Below the pieces are notes generated by a model. That model saw only the letters and a program-made list of their open reading frames with translations. It searched no databases and was not told the origin of the DNA. From Candidatus Microgenomatus sp. (GTDB lineage: Bacteria > Patescibacteriota > Microgenomatia > UBA8517), in NCBI GenBank assembly GCA_020724585.1, contig DYGS01000001.1, positions 219,139-283,138 of the forward strand: a DNA stretch of 64,000 nucleotides, in the 5' to 3' direction. Positions 28,674 to 38,492 of the stretch are shown here, piece after piece (the first letter of the stretch is position 1; the number at the start of each line of letters is the position of its first letter). Both the position numbers and the translations under genes were made by a program.

Positions 28674-29630
28674 ATGCATATGAGTTTGATTGACAAACTG
28701 GTGCATTTATTAATCCCTCGGGAAAGCAATAATCATAAAGCTAAGATTTTACATCCATCAGGACTTTTTGCTCTGGCGTTATTTTTAATAATATTTCAAG
28801 GGGTGCTGGGATTTGCTGAAAAAAAAGCTCCATCTGTGCTTGGCTTTGCCGCTCAGATTTCAATTGATGAAGTTGTTGCTCTCACCAATTCCAAAAGGGC
28901 AGAAAAAGGTCTTCCGCCGCTAACTTTAAATCAAACTTTGTCATCAGCCGCATTTACCAAGGGCAGAGATATGATTGATAGGGATTATTGGGCTCATACA
29001 GCACCTGACGGCACAACGCCGTGGAGTTTTTTTAATCGTTTCGGTTATAAATACCGCTATGCGGGCGAAAATTTGGCTAGAGATTTTAACAGTGCATCAG
29101 CTGCTGTTGAAGCTTGGATGAATTCTCCAACACATAGGGATAATATTTTAAATCCTAAATATAAAGAGATAGGCATCGGAATTACAGAAGGTGATTTGGC
29201 AGGAAGCGACACAACTATTATAGTTCAATTTTTTGGTGCAACTTCAGGTACACAAGTTAGAGTTGCAGAAGCTGCTAGTACAACTCAAACTCCCGTGCTT
29301 GCAAGACAGGTATCACCAAGACCGACAGTTGTACCCACCCAAACTCTTGAGATAGTTGCCGCCAAACCTGTTGCATCTGCCGCCCCTGTCTTAATCACGA
29401 ATTTGCCTTTGGAGCAGGAAGATCAAAAAGTATTAATATCTCCTTTTAATACGACAAAAACATTATCATTTGGGGTTGCAGTTTTATTATTGGTCGTATT
29501 TTTGGCTGATGCTTATCTGGTGTCGAAGAGAAGAATTACAAGAATTGCGGGCAGATCATTTGCACATTTTATATTTTTGTTGATGTTGCTATCGATAGTT
29601 ATAATAATAAGGTCAGGACAGATATTGTAA
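28674..29630 (+). CDS. CAP/SCP (PR-1-like, YkwD-type) domain protein, membrane anchored
   Basis: HTAPDGTTPW...GENLARDF...AVEAWMNSPTHRDNIL CAP motifs; N- and C-terminal hydrophobic segments. Confidence 0.7.
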   Translation: MHMSLIDKLVHLLIPRESNNHKAKILHPSGLFALALFLIIFQGVLGFAEKKAPSVLGFAAQISIDEVVALTNSKRAEKGLPPLTLNQTLSSAAFTKGRDMIDRDYWAHTAPDGTTPWSFFNRFGYKYRYAGENLARDFNSASAAVEAWMNSPTHRDNILNPKYKEIGIGITEGDLAGSDTTIIVQFFGATSGTQVRVAEAASTTQTPVLARQVSPRPTVVPTQTLEIVAAKPVASAAPVLITNLPLEQEDQKVLISPFNTTKTLSFGVAVLLLVVFLADAYLVSKRRITRIAGRSFAHFIFLLMLLSIVIIIRSGQIL

Positions 29631-29633
29631 ATT

Positions 29634-29894
29634 ATGGAAAAATTTAAAAAGCATATACCTCATTATTTCCCGCTTGCTGGAATTTTGGCGGCGGGGATTT
29701 TTGCATTCTATTTTTTTTCATATGATAGGTTTTTTCAGATAGGGGTAGTAGTCGCTCTTGCCATGGCTTATGTTTCATGGGGAGTGATACACCACACCAT
29801 CCATAAAGATATAAGTTTGGGGGTAGTTTTGGAATACTTGGCAGTTGCGGTTTTAGGTGTTATTATGCTCTTGTCATTGATTTTTAGGAGCTGA
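29634..29894 (+). CDS. hypothetical small membrane protein
   Basis: 86 aa, three hydrophobic helices. Confidence 0.4.
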   Translation: MEKFKKHIPHYFPLAGILAAGIFAFYFFSYDRFFQIGVVVALAMAYVSWGVIHHTIHKDISLGVVLEYLAVAVLGVIMLLSLIFRS

Positions 29895-29916
29895 TGGGGT
29901 AGCATACAGAAAATTT

Positions 29917-30774
29917 ATGAAGGGTATAATTTTGGCAGGAGGAAGTGGTACAAGGCTTTACCCTATTACTCGGGCCATCAGTAAACAACTAATGCCCATT
30001 TTTGATAAGCCAATGATTTATTACCCTCTTTCCACTCTTCTATCAGCAGGAATTAATGAAATATTAATAATATCAACACCAGAGGACATACCACTTTTTA
30101 AAAGACTTTTGGGTGATGGTAAAAATTTAGGTTGTAAATTTAGTTACAAAGTTCAAGAAATGCCAAGAGGTCTTGCTGATGCTTTTATCGTTGGCGAAGA
30201 TTTTATTGGGAAAGACAAAGTAGCAATGATTTTAGGAGATAATATTTTTTATGGATCACAAATTGATAACGAACTTTCAAAATACACTAATATTGATGGG
30301 GCTTTAGGCTTTGCAGCTTATGTCAAAGATCCACAAAGGTATGGTGTTTATGAATTTGATAAAAATATGAATGTTGTATCAATTGAGGAAAAGCCTAAAA
30401 GACCTAAAAGTAATTATGCAAATTCAGGACTTTATTTTTTTGATAACAATGTTTCAAAAATTGCCAAACATGTGGCACCAAGTAAAAGAGGCGAAATTGA
30501 AATAACAAGCGTATTAGATAGTTATTTAAAGCAAGGTAACTTAAAAGTATGTTTACTTGAAAAAGGTACCGCATGGCTTGATACGGGTACTTTTGACTCT
30601 ATGATGAAAGCCGCACAGTTTGTACAAGTAATTGAAGAAAGGCAGGGGATTAAAATTGGATGCATTGAAGAAATTGCCTATAAAAAAGGATTTATAAATA
30701 AAAAACAACTTAAAAAATTAGCAGAAAGCCAGATAAAAAGTGGTTATGGAAAGTATTTATTAGATTTAATATGA
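29917..30774 (+). CDS. rmlA: glucose-1-phosphate thymidylyltransferase
   Basis: MKGIILAGGSGTRLYPIT...KQLMPIFDKPMIYYPLS. Confidence 0.95.
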   Translation: MKGIILAGGSGTRLYPITRAISKQLMPIFDKPMIYYPLSTLLSAGINEILIISTPEDIPLFKRLLGDGKNLGCKFSYKVQEMPRGLADAFIVGEDFIGKDKVAMILGDNIFYGSQIDNELSKYTNIDGALGFAAYVKDPQRYGVYEFDKNMNVVSIEEKPKRPKSNYANSGLYFFDNNVSKIAKHVAPSKRGEIEITSVLDSYLKQGNLKVCLLEKGTAWLDTGTFDSMMKAAQFVQVIEERQGIKIGCIEEIAYKKGFINKKQLKKLAESQIKSGYGKYLLDLI

Positions 30775-31772
30775 GAAATATATTAGTAACAGGTGGATGC
30801 GGATTTATTGGAAGTAATTTTATTGGTTACTGGCTTAAAAAACATCCAAAAGATAAAATAATAAATTTAGATAAACTAACTTATGCTGGCCATTTATCTT
30901 CTACAAAAGCGTTCTCCGAACTAAAAAATTACAAATTTGTAAAAGGTGATATTTGTGATGAAAAAGTAGTTGATAGATTGATGAAAGGAGTTGATATTGT
31001 TGTTCATTTTGCTGCTGAAAGCCATGTTGATAGATCTATTAAAGATCCAAATGTTTTTATCAAAACAAATATGCTAGGAACTGCAAATTTACTAAATTTT
31101 GCATTAAAACATAATGTAAAAAGATTCCATCATATTTCAACAGATGAAGTTTTTGGTGAATTGCCTCTTGGAAAGGGAAAATTTGACGAGAAAACTCCAT
31201 ATGACCCAAGAAGCCCATATTCTGCAAGTAAGGCCTCATCAGATTATTTAGTGAGGTCATACTACCACACATTTGGGTTACCTATAACAATTTCAAATTG
31301 TTCAAATAATTATGGACCATATCAAGACACTGAAAAATTTATACCAAGAATGATCACAAACATAATGAAGGGTGATCCGGTTTTAATTTATGGTGATGGA
31401 AAATATGTTCGTGATTGGCTTTTTGTAGAAGATCATGTCAGGGCAATCGAATTAATAATTAAAAAAGGAAAAATTGGAGAAACTTATTTGGTTGGAGGGC
31501 AAACAAAAGATGTTAATAATCTACAAATTGCAAAGATAATATTAAAAATTTTTGGCAAAGATTTTAAGTCTAATATTAAATTTATCAAGGATAGACCGGG
31601 ACATGACAGAAGATACGCAGTTAATTGGGTAAAAATAAATAAAGAATTAGGCTGGAAACCAAAGCATAATTTTGACAAATGGTTGCAAAAGACAGTTGAC
31701 TGGTATATAAAGAATGAGTGGTGGTGGGGTGATATGAAAAAAGTGTCTGAAAAGTTTTACGCGAAGCGATGA
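30771..31772 (+). CDS. rmlB: dTDP-glucose 4,6-dehydratase
   Basis: VTGGCGFIGSNF, ESHVDRS, YSASKASSDYLVRSY (YxxxK). Confidence 0.95.
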   Translation: MRNILVTGGCGFIGSNFIGYWLKKHPKDKIINLDKLTYAGHLSSTKAFSELKNYKFVKGDICDEKVVDRLMKGVDIVVHFAAESHVDRSIKDPNVFIKTNMLGTANLLNFALKHNVKRFHHISTDEVFGELPLGKGKFDEKTPYDPRSPYSASKASSDYLVRSYYHTFGLPITISNCSNNYGPYQDTEKFIPRMITNIMKGDPVLIYGDGKYVRDWLFVEDHVRAIELIIKKGKIGETYLVGGQTKDVNNLQIAKIILKIFGKDFKSNIKFIKDRPGHDRRYAVNWVKINKELGWKPKHNFDKWLQKTVDWYIKNEWWWGDMKKVSEKFYAKR

Positions 31773-31804
31773 AATACGCAAAGCGATGAAATATTCAAAA
31801 AAAT

Positions 31805-32383
31805 ATGGGATTTATTAAAACAAAAAACGATTCGATAAAACTTCCAAAAAATATTGACTTGTATCAACAAACCTATGATAAGCAAGAATTGCCTGATGGT
31901 GTTGTAATAATAAAACTTAATGTTTTTTTTGATGATCAGGGGGGCTGGTTTAAAGAAGCTCTAAGAATAAATGATAAAGGCAATGTTGAGTCGCTAGAAT
32001 CTCAAAATATAGAATTTAAAATAAAGCAAACGAATGTTTCATACTTAGGTGCTAATGCAAAAAGATTTTGGCATATACATCCTAAAACAAAAGAAAATGT
32101 AGGGCAAAATGAAATTTGGACAACAAACAATACTCTACTTCTTGGAATGATAGATTTAAGAAAAGATTCTAAAACTTATAATATGAAATCAAAAATTGTC
32201 CTGTCATCTGAAAAGGCTGTTTATATTCCTTCGGGTGTTGCACATGGACTTCTAAACCCAAATAATTATCCTGTAACTCTTATTTATTACACTGACCAAT
32301 ATTTTTCAGTTGAAAATACACAAGAATATAGAATTGACCCTAAAGATTTAAGTTTTGACTTTATAGAACCCGAATTAATGTAA
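31805..32383 (+). CDS. rmlC: dTDP-4-dehydrorhamnose 3,5-epimerase-like cupin
   Basis: FFDDQGGWFKE, RFWHIH, VYIPSGVAHGLLN align to RmlC FGDERGFF / RGLHFQ / WIPAGFAHGF; lies between rmlB and rmlD. Confidence 0.6.
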   Translation: MGFIKTKNDSIKLPKNIDLYQQTYDKQELPDGVVIIKLNVFFDDQGGWFKEALRINDKGNVESLESQNIEFKIKQTNVSYLGANAKRFWHIHPKTKENVGQNEIWTTNNTLLLGMIDLRKDSKTYNMKSKIVLSSEKAVYIPSGVAHGLLNPNNYPVTLIYYTDQYFSVENTQEYRIDPKDLSFDFIEPELM

Positions 32384-33273
32384 TGAAAATATTAATAACT
32401 GGTGCATCGGGATTGGTAGGTTCTAGATTTGTTGATTTATATCCAGAAAAAGAAAAGTTATTGATACCTGAACTTGCAGAATTAGACATAACTTCATTAG
32501 AAAGTGTCAAAAAATATTTTGATGAGAATAAACCAGAAGCTGTGATTAATTTTGCTGCATTTACGAATGTTGATGGAGCAGAAAAAGAAAGAGGGGATGA
32601 AAATGGAATTGTTTGGAAACTAAATGTTGAAGGTGTAAAAAATTTAATTGAAGTATGTAAAGAGAGGGATATATTTTTAGTCCAAATTTCTACAGATTTC
32701 GTTTTTATAGGTGATGAGCCTGATGCGGGGCCATATTCTGAAGACAAAAGTTTACCAGAAAGTAATGAAGGGATTGGTTGGTATGGTTGGACAAAGAACA
32801 GAGCAGAAAAGTTACTCAACGAATCTGGGATTGATTTTGCCATTGTGAGAATTGCATATCCTTTTTATGGTGCAAATTATGATGGAAAATTAGATTTTGC
32901 CAAAGGATTTTTAAAACTATTTGATGAGGGTAAACTGTATCCAGTCTTTTCTGATCAAATACATTCAGTATTAAATGTAGATTATTTAGTTGAACCATTA
33001 ACAAAGATTGTGAAAGATAAAATTAGAGGAACTTTCCATATTGTTACTAGTGATACAACTACACCATTTGAATTTGTAAATTATCTGTTAGAAAAGGCTA
33101 GAGGAGCTAAAAATGTTTTACAAAAAGGATCTATGAAAGAATTTTTAAGTAAAGAAGGAAGAACTCCAAGGCCTAGGTTGGGGGGATTAAAAACTGAAAT
33201 TACAGAAGAAAAATTGGGCGTTACACTAAAAACTTGGAGAGAAATGGTTGATGAGTTTGTTAAAACTATTTAG
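32383..33273 (+). CDS. rmlD: dTDP-4-dehydrorhamnose reductase
   Basis: MKILITGASGLVGSRF, ISTDFVF, YGWTKNRAEK, FSDQIHSV align to RmlD motifs. Confidence 0.8.
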   Translation: MKILITGASGLVGSRFVDLYPEKEKLLIPELAELDITSLESVKKYFDENKPEAVINFAAFTNVDGAEKERGDENGIVWKLNVEGVKNLIEVCKERDIFLVQISTDFVFIGDEPDAGPYSEDKSLPESNEGIGWYGWTKNRAEKLLNESGIDFAIVRIAYPFYGANYDGKLDFAKGFLKLFDEGKLYPVFSDQIHSVLNVDYLVEPLTKIVKDKIRGTFHIVTSDTTTPFEFVNYLLEKARGAKNVLQKGSMKEFLSKEGRTPRPRLGGLKTEITEEKLGVTLKTWREMVDEFVKTI

Positions 33274-33934
33274 ATTTTCTCCACTTTTCAATCTTTGGGT
33301 GGTTGCCGGTTAGGAGGATTTCTGGGACTTTCCAGTTATTGTAAACTTCTGGTCTTGTGTATTGGGGATACTCTGTGTCTAAATTCGAAGCACGAAATCC
33401 GAAATTCGAAAAAGATTCCTCTGCAAGAGATTCTGGTTTTATTACATTTGGTATAAGCCTTGTGACAGCGTCAGTTATTACCATTGCAGGTATTTCACCA
33501 CCTGTTAGGACATAATCACCAATTGAAATAACTTCATCCACTAAATTTTCATGTACTCTATGGTCAACTCCTTCATAATGACCACAAATTAAAGTCAATT
33601 CGTCTAATTTTGAATATTCATATGCTTTTTTTTGGGTAAATTTTTCCCCACCTGCATCCAAAAGTATTATTTTTGATTTTTTGAGTTTTTGATTTTTTGA
33701 GTTTTTTAGGCTTTGTATAGCGGAGTCGATTACATCCACTCGGAGGATCATCCCAGCCCCACCACCATATGGTCTATCATCAACCGTTTTTCTTTTATCT
33801 ATCCCAAATTGTTTCAAGTCAACAATGTTTAATTTTAAAAAATTTTTGTCTTGGGCTCTCCACATGACAGAATGATTAAGCGGACTACCCACGAACATTT
33901 TTGGAAACAGAGTTAATATATTAATTTTCACCAT
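33266..33934 (-). CDS. trmD: tRNA (guanine37-N1)-methyltransferase
   Basis: INILTLFPKMF, GGGAGMI, SPOUT knot region; the only clear minus-strand housekeeping gene; carries a short Lys-rich insertion encoded by a ttttgagtttt repeat. Confidence 0.9.
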   Translation of the reverse strand: MVKINILTLFPKMFVGSPLNHSVMWRAQDKNFLKLNIVDLKQFGIDKRKTVDDRPYGGGAGMILRVDVIDSAIQSLKNSKNQKLKKSKIILLDAGGEKFTQKKAYEYSKLDELTLICGHYEGVDHRVHENLVDEVISIGDYVLTGGEIPAMVITDAVTRLIPNVIKPESLAEESFSNFGFRASNLDTEYPQYTRPEVYNNWKVPEILLTGNHPKIEKWRKSK

Positions 33935-33971
33935 TGTATTTTACCAGCTGTGGGTATAAATTAAAAATTGT

Positions 33972-35093
33972 ATGCAGAGAGTTGTGATTGTTATGCCAGC
34001 TTGGAATGAGGGAGAATCGATAGCAAAAATGGTCGATGTTCTTTTTAATAACGAATTTCCCAAAATCGATGCCGAAATGCACTTGCTGATAGTTGATAAT
34101 CATTCTCAAGATGGGATGACAGAGACAGTTACAAAATTAACTCAAAAATACAAAAATTTAAAAATTATACAGCAGGAAAATAAAGGTCTTGGTTGGGCAT
34201 ATGTTACAGGGATGGAGTACGCGATGAAAAATTTAAAAGCAGATGCTATTTTGGAAATGGATGCCGATTTCCAGCACCCACCAAGATTTGTAAAACCAAT
34301 GGTAGACGCATATTTATCAGGTGCTGAATATGTAATCGGTAGTAGATATGTCAAAGGTGGCTCGATTCCTGGGCAGTGGGAGCTTCTAAGAAAGGCAGTT
34401 TCTTATTTTGGGAATCTTTTTATAAGGGTTGTACTGTTGAAACCTTGGATCCACGATTTAACAACCGGATTTAGACTGGCAAAAGTTAAAGGTGTTCTCG
34501 ATAAAATTGACCTGCGAAATTTAATGGAACTTAATAGGTTTGCTTACAAAGTTGATCTATTATATCAATGCATGAAGTTTTCCAAAAAAACAGTTGAAGT
34601 GCCGCTTCAATTTGAGCCAAGAAAAACTGATAGATCGAAATTTAACCCCAAGGAAATGATATCAACTTTCAAAGTAGCAATAATACTTGGGATAAAAGAT
34701 AAAATTAAGTTTATTAAATTTGCGATAGTTGGAGGAACGGGATTTATTGTCAATTTCATAGCCCTTAGATTATTTAGAAATTTAGGGCTAACTGAAACCC
34801 TGTCTTGGGCTTTTTCTACAGAACTTGCAATTGTTAATAACTACATTTTTAATAACATTTGGACTTTTAAAGATCAAGAAATAAAAGGATTAAAGCAAAC
34901 TTTAGTTAAATTTTTCCAGTTTAACCTAACTTCAGCTGGTGCACTTTTAATTCAGTCTATTGCAGGTCCAATTGGAGTTAGACTTGTTGGTGTTCAATAT
35001 GACGCTTTAGTATTGGCCTTTATAGTACTATTTTTGGTGCTTCCATATAACTTCACAATGTATAACCTAGTAATTTGGAGGAAGAAAAAGTAA
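33972..35093 (+). CDS. GT2 polyprenyl-phosphate glycosyltransferase (Dpm1-like) fused to a GtrA-like membrane domain
   Basis: IVMPAWNEGESI, DNHSQDG, EMDADFQHPP; C-terminal four-TM GtrA-like segment. Confidence 0.8.
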   Translation: MQRVVIVMPAWNEGESIAKMVDVLFNNEFPKIDAEMHLLIVDNHSQDGMTETVTKLTQKYKNLKIIQQENKGLGWAYVTGMEYAMKNLKADAILEMDADFQHPPRFVKPMVDAYLSGAEYVIGSRYVKGGSIPGQWELLRKAVSYFGNLFIRVVLLKPWIHDLTTGFRLAKVKGVLDKIDLRNLMELNRFAYKVDLLYQCMKFSKKTVEVPLQFEPRKTDRSKFNPKEMISTFKVAIILGIKDKIKFIKFAIVGGTGFIVNFIALRLFRNLGLTETLSWAFSTELAIVNNYIFNNIWTFKDQEIKGLKQTLVKFFQFNLTSAGALLIQSIAGPIGVRLVGVQYDALVLAFIVLFLVLPYNFTMYNLVIWRKKK

Positions 35094-35109
35094 GTTTTAA
35101 AATATTTTT

Positions 35110-35934
35110 ATGCTTTTTAGTGAATCTCAAATAAGAGAACGCGAAGACAACTTTTACAAGGAACTCATTAAATTATATTTAAAATATGGATCTGTTGATA
35201 CTATATTTAAAGTTAAAAAATATAATCTTCCAATTTCATATCCGTCACTTCATAGGCTTATTAAAAGATGGGGAATAGTAAAATCAGTGGGACCAAATAG
35301 CAAACTTTCTGAAACTTTAACTATTTTAAATTTAATGACAAAACATCAAAGCATTGATAGATTGTATAAATCATTGCCGTTATCATTTCAAACATCATTA
35401 ACAAGTCTTCATAGAATTGCACATAATATAAAAGAAGGATTAATTACAAGATATGGTACAGCCTTAGTAATAACACTTAATAACAAAAATAAAATTTTGG
35501 TGGGATACGATAATAAAAATAAAGCCCTAACAATTCCCATGACCTACTCCTCGCCAAAAGAAAGTCCTAAAGAATCAATTTTAAGAGTGTTACAACAAGA
35601 AGTTTATACAGATTTAGCAGTTGAGAAAAAGTTGCCAAAAAAAATTATACCCAAAAAACCAAAACCCTTTATGCATTTATTAATAGGGAATATTAAAGTA
35701 TCTGTATATCAGATTGAACTTGCAAAAAAATATTTGGAAAATTTTAAATTTTCAAGCTACAAAGTTACAAACCATAAATTTATGAATATAGACGAAATTA
35801 CTAACTTAAAAATATCTGTTAGATTGGGAGTAAAAGAAATTATTAAGTATTATTACGATTCTTCGTTTGATACTACTACTTCAACTTTTTCAGTTACATT
35901 TGCGCCGTCTTTGGTTACAATTATGGGGAGTTGA
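35110..35934 (+). CDS. hypothetical protein, possible wHTH plus degenerate Nudix-like fold
   Basis: N-terminal HTH-like region; ESILRVLQQEVYTD weakly resembles a Nudix box lacking the Gly/Glu residues. Confidence 0.35.
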   Translation: MLFSESQIREREDNFYKELIKLYLKYGSVDTIFKVKKYNLPISYPSLHRLIKRWGIVKSVGPNSKLSETLTILNLMTKHQSIDRLYKSLPLSFQTSLTSLHRIAHNIKEGLITRYGTALVITLNNKNKILVGYDNKNKALTIPMTYSSPKESPKESILRVLQQEVYTDLAVEKKLPKKIIPKKPKPFMHLLIGNIKVSVYQIELAKKYLENFKFSSYKVTNHKFMNIDEITNLKISVRLGVKEIIKYYYDSSFDTTTSTFSVTFAPSLVTIMGS

Positions 35935-36174
35935 TGTAATGGGTGAATTGAGGTTTTATGCCCATCTTTACAAAACGGCTTGGGAGGAAAGACAGGGTGA
36001 CCTTTTTCACATAAAACACCATTCATTGACAATCGTTGTTTTCTAGTTCTCCAAAACCTAGGAATTTCCATGTGAGAATATACTTTAACCCTTAGTTGTT
36101 ACCAGAAGCTATCAAGTTTGGTAAAGTCGGCTTTACTAGATTATTTATAAACAGTTATTAAAATAATAGATAAT

Positions 36175-36390
36175 ATGGAAAAGTGTGACAAAAAGGGTAT
36201 AATTGTCGAGCCTGAGTCAACATTTGAAAGTATGATGAAGCTTTGGGAACAGGTAAATGAGTTGGAAGATGTTAATCCTGACTTGGGTGTGGCATGTACG
36301 GTTTGGTTTTTTGAAAAATTAGAATCAATTAAAGACGGTGAATTGGTTAAAAAGATTAGAAGACAAATTTTTCCTTATTTAGAACAATAA
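36175..36390 (+). CDS. hypothetical small protein
   Basis: 71-aa ORF with a tight junction to the next gene. Confidence 0.35.
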   Translation: MEKCDKKGIIVEPESTFESMMKLWEQVNELEDVNPDLGVACTVWFFEKLESIKDGELVKKIRRQIFPYLEQ

Positions 36391-36392
36391 AA

Positions 36393-37088
36393 ATGTTAGA
36401 CATAAAAATACATGACTTTCAAATATCAATTTTAAAAGAGTTGCTTTTTAAGCCTAATGCACGGTTTAGAGATTTGAAAAAGTTTGACGTAACAAATGAT
36501 CATTTTACCTTCCATGTTAATCATTTGGTTAAAGAAGGATTAGTAATAAAAGAAGATGGCAGATACAGTTTATCTGATGAGGGTAAAGAATTTGCCAATA
36601 GAATGGATACTGATTCGCTTAAACTCGAAAGACAAGCAAAGTTAGCAGTCGCCCTGCATGCAGTCAGAATCAAAAATGGAAAAAGGGAAATTTTAATACA
36701 TCAACGACTTAAAGAACCTTTTTATGGTTGGTATGGTTCACACTCTGGAAAAATAAGATGGGGAGAAACTCCATTAGACTGTGCAGTTCGTGAATTTAGG
36801 GAAGAAACCGGACTTCACGGCGACTTTACTTTAAAAGGGATTGTTCACTATCACCACTTTCATGTAGACGGAAGGCTTTTAGAAGATAAATATTTTTGGG
36901 TTTATAAAATTGAAAATGTAAAAGGAGAATTAAAAGAAGTTGTTCCTGAAGGTAAAAATATTTGGATGGGAGAAAGGGAATTTAAAAAATTAAAAAATAC
37001 TTTCGCAACTTATGCTGAAATAGTGGATGTAATTGATTCAAAACGGATAGTTTGTATAGATAGAAAAAGAATGGTTCAAGAATATTAA
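36393..37088 (+). CDS. wHTH-Nudix hydrolase
   Basis: N-terminal winged-helix region; Nudix box GKIRWGETPLDCAVREFREETGL. Confidence 0.8.
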   Translation: MLDIKIHDFQISILKELLFKPNARFRDLKKFDVTNDHFTFHVNHLVKEGLVIKEDGRYSLSDEGKEFANRMDTDSLKLERQAKLAVALHAVRIKNGKREILIHQRLKEPFYGWYGSHSGKIRWGETPLDCAVREFREETGLHGDFTLKGIVHYHHFHVDGRLLEDKYFWVYKIENVKGELKEVVPEGKNIWMGEREFKKLKNTFATYAEIVDVIDSKRIVCIDRKRMVQEY

Positions 37089-37089
37089 T

Positions 37090-37332
37090 ATGATAAAAGA
37101 TCGCCCTCCACTTGGTGATGGTATAAACATTAGGTATTATGTCGTGTGTAACACCTGTCTCGGTATTAGAGAAGAAGATGGTGCTTTTATGGATCCACCC
37201 AACACGATTTTAGATTTCGACAATAGAACTACACGAGAAGAAGCTTTGCGAATTGCTAAATCCCACGAGAAAGAGTATTTGCAACGGGGACATGATCATG
37301 AGATTGAGGTACGAGCTGTTGCTGAATACTAA
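37090..37332 (+). CDS. hypothetical small protein
   Basis: 80 aa; CNTC pair; stop lies 1 nt from the convergent gene's stop. Confidence 0.35.
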   Translation: MIKDRPPLGDGINIRYYVVCNTCLGIREEDGAFMDPPNTILDFDNRTTREEALRIAKSHEKEYLQRGHDHEIEVRAVAEY

Positions 37333-37333
37333 T

Positions 37334-38470
37334 TTACAAAAATGGGGTCCAGTTGGCAATTGGCATGGTGTTTTGTGAAATGAAGGCAAGACTATAAAGA
37401 AAAATTGGAATAATAATAACAGTTAGGGCAATTTTAAATTCCTTTTTAATCAATAGTTCTCGAGCAGTAAAAATAATAAATGGAATTATAGGTATGGCGT
37501 ATCTTAATAAATCTCTGTGGCTGACAAAAAGAAGTGAGGTAAAAAATACCAGAGTAAAATAAAAGTATGTGTATAGTTTTTGTTGGTAAAGTTTATAGAT
37601 TGCAAGCACGCCTACAAGATAGAAAAATATAACTTCCTCTATCCAAAATGTACCTACCCAAGGGGCCGAATAATTAAATATTTGAAATGGCGGGAAGAAA
37701 AGATGAATGTTATCTCCTGATTTGAAATATACCCAAAAATCCCCATATCTAAAAAAGTAAAAACTAAAGACCAAAACCAGTCCAAACGGGATTAAAAGTA
37801 TTGGGAGATATTTTTTTAAGTTTATCTCCTGCCATTTGTGAGATTTAATTAAAGGCACAAGCATGCTTAAAAAGTAACCAATAAAAAGTAAAATTCCAGG
37901 GGATTTTGTCATTTGGGCCAACAGCCCCCAGAGACCTGCTAAAAAGTATTTTTTATCGGCAAAATAGTATGTTGAAGCAAGAATTGTTGCTACAAAAAGC
38001 GGTTCAGCTGACCCAACACTTCTAACAATTAGCCACCTTGCAGGGAATATTGAAAAAATAAATGTCAAAAATAAAGCCTGGTTTTTATCAACAAGTTTAA
38101 CTGAGTGGAGGTAGAAAAAATAAATTGCAAGAAATGATGACAATACGGTTACCAGAAGCATTGAGTATGGGTAGCCCAGAAGCGGAGAAAAAGCTTTAAT
38201 TAAAAACGGAAAAAGGGGAAAATGGGCGGAGTAATATTCATTGGAAAGCGGGAATTGGTAGTTTGATCCAATTTGTTCGGGATTATATAGGGTCTTGGCG
38301 GCAATTAGATATAAAGGTCCATCGAAATTGGCAACTATTGTTGCCATACCATCTTTATTAAGAGGAATTGACCAAAAAGTATCCAATCTAAGGTAAAACG
38401 GAAGCCAGATTATAATTGTGGGTACAATAGTCAGGCAGACAAGTATTAATATATTAGAGACTTTTTTCAC
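37334..38470 (-). CDS. polytopic membrane protein, putative GT-C-type glycosyltransferase
   Basis: 378 aa, about 10 TM helices; placed in the glycosylation island. Confidence 0.5.
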   Translation of the reverse strand: MKKVSNILILVCLTIVPTIIIWLPFYLRLDTFWSIPLNKDGMATIVANFDGPLYLIAAKTLYNPEQIGSNYQFPLSNEYYSAHFPLFPFLIKAFSPLLGYPYSMLLVTVLSSFLAIYFFYLHSVKLVDKNQALFLTFIFSIFPARWLIVRSVGSAEPLFVATILASTYYFADKKYFLAGLWGLLAQMTKSPGILLFIGYFLSMLVPLIKSHKWQEINLKKYLPILLIPFGLVLVFSFYFFRYGDFWVYFKSGDNIHLFFPPFQIFNYSAPWVGTFWIEEVIFFYLVGVLAIYKLYQQKLYTYFYFTLVFFTSLLFVSHRDLLRYAIPIIPFIIFTARELLIKKEFKIALTVIIIPIFLYSLAFISQNTMPIANWTPFL

Positions 38471-38492
38471 ACCTTCATGATATCATAATGAT

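Noticed and set aside
35853-36071. 72-aa minus-strand ORF (MEIPRFWRTRKQ...) in the 240-bp gap after the 35110 gene
   Set aside because: It overlaps the 3' end of the + strand gene and matches no ribosomal or small-protein family I could recall. It could be real but is unsupported.
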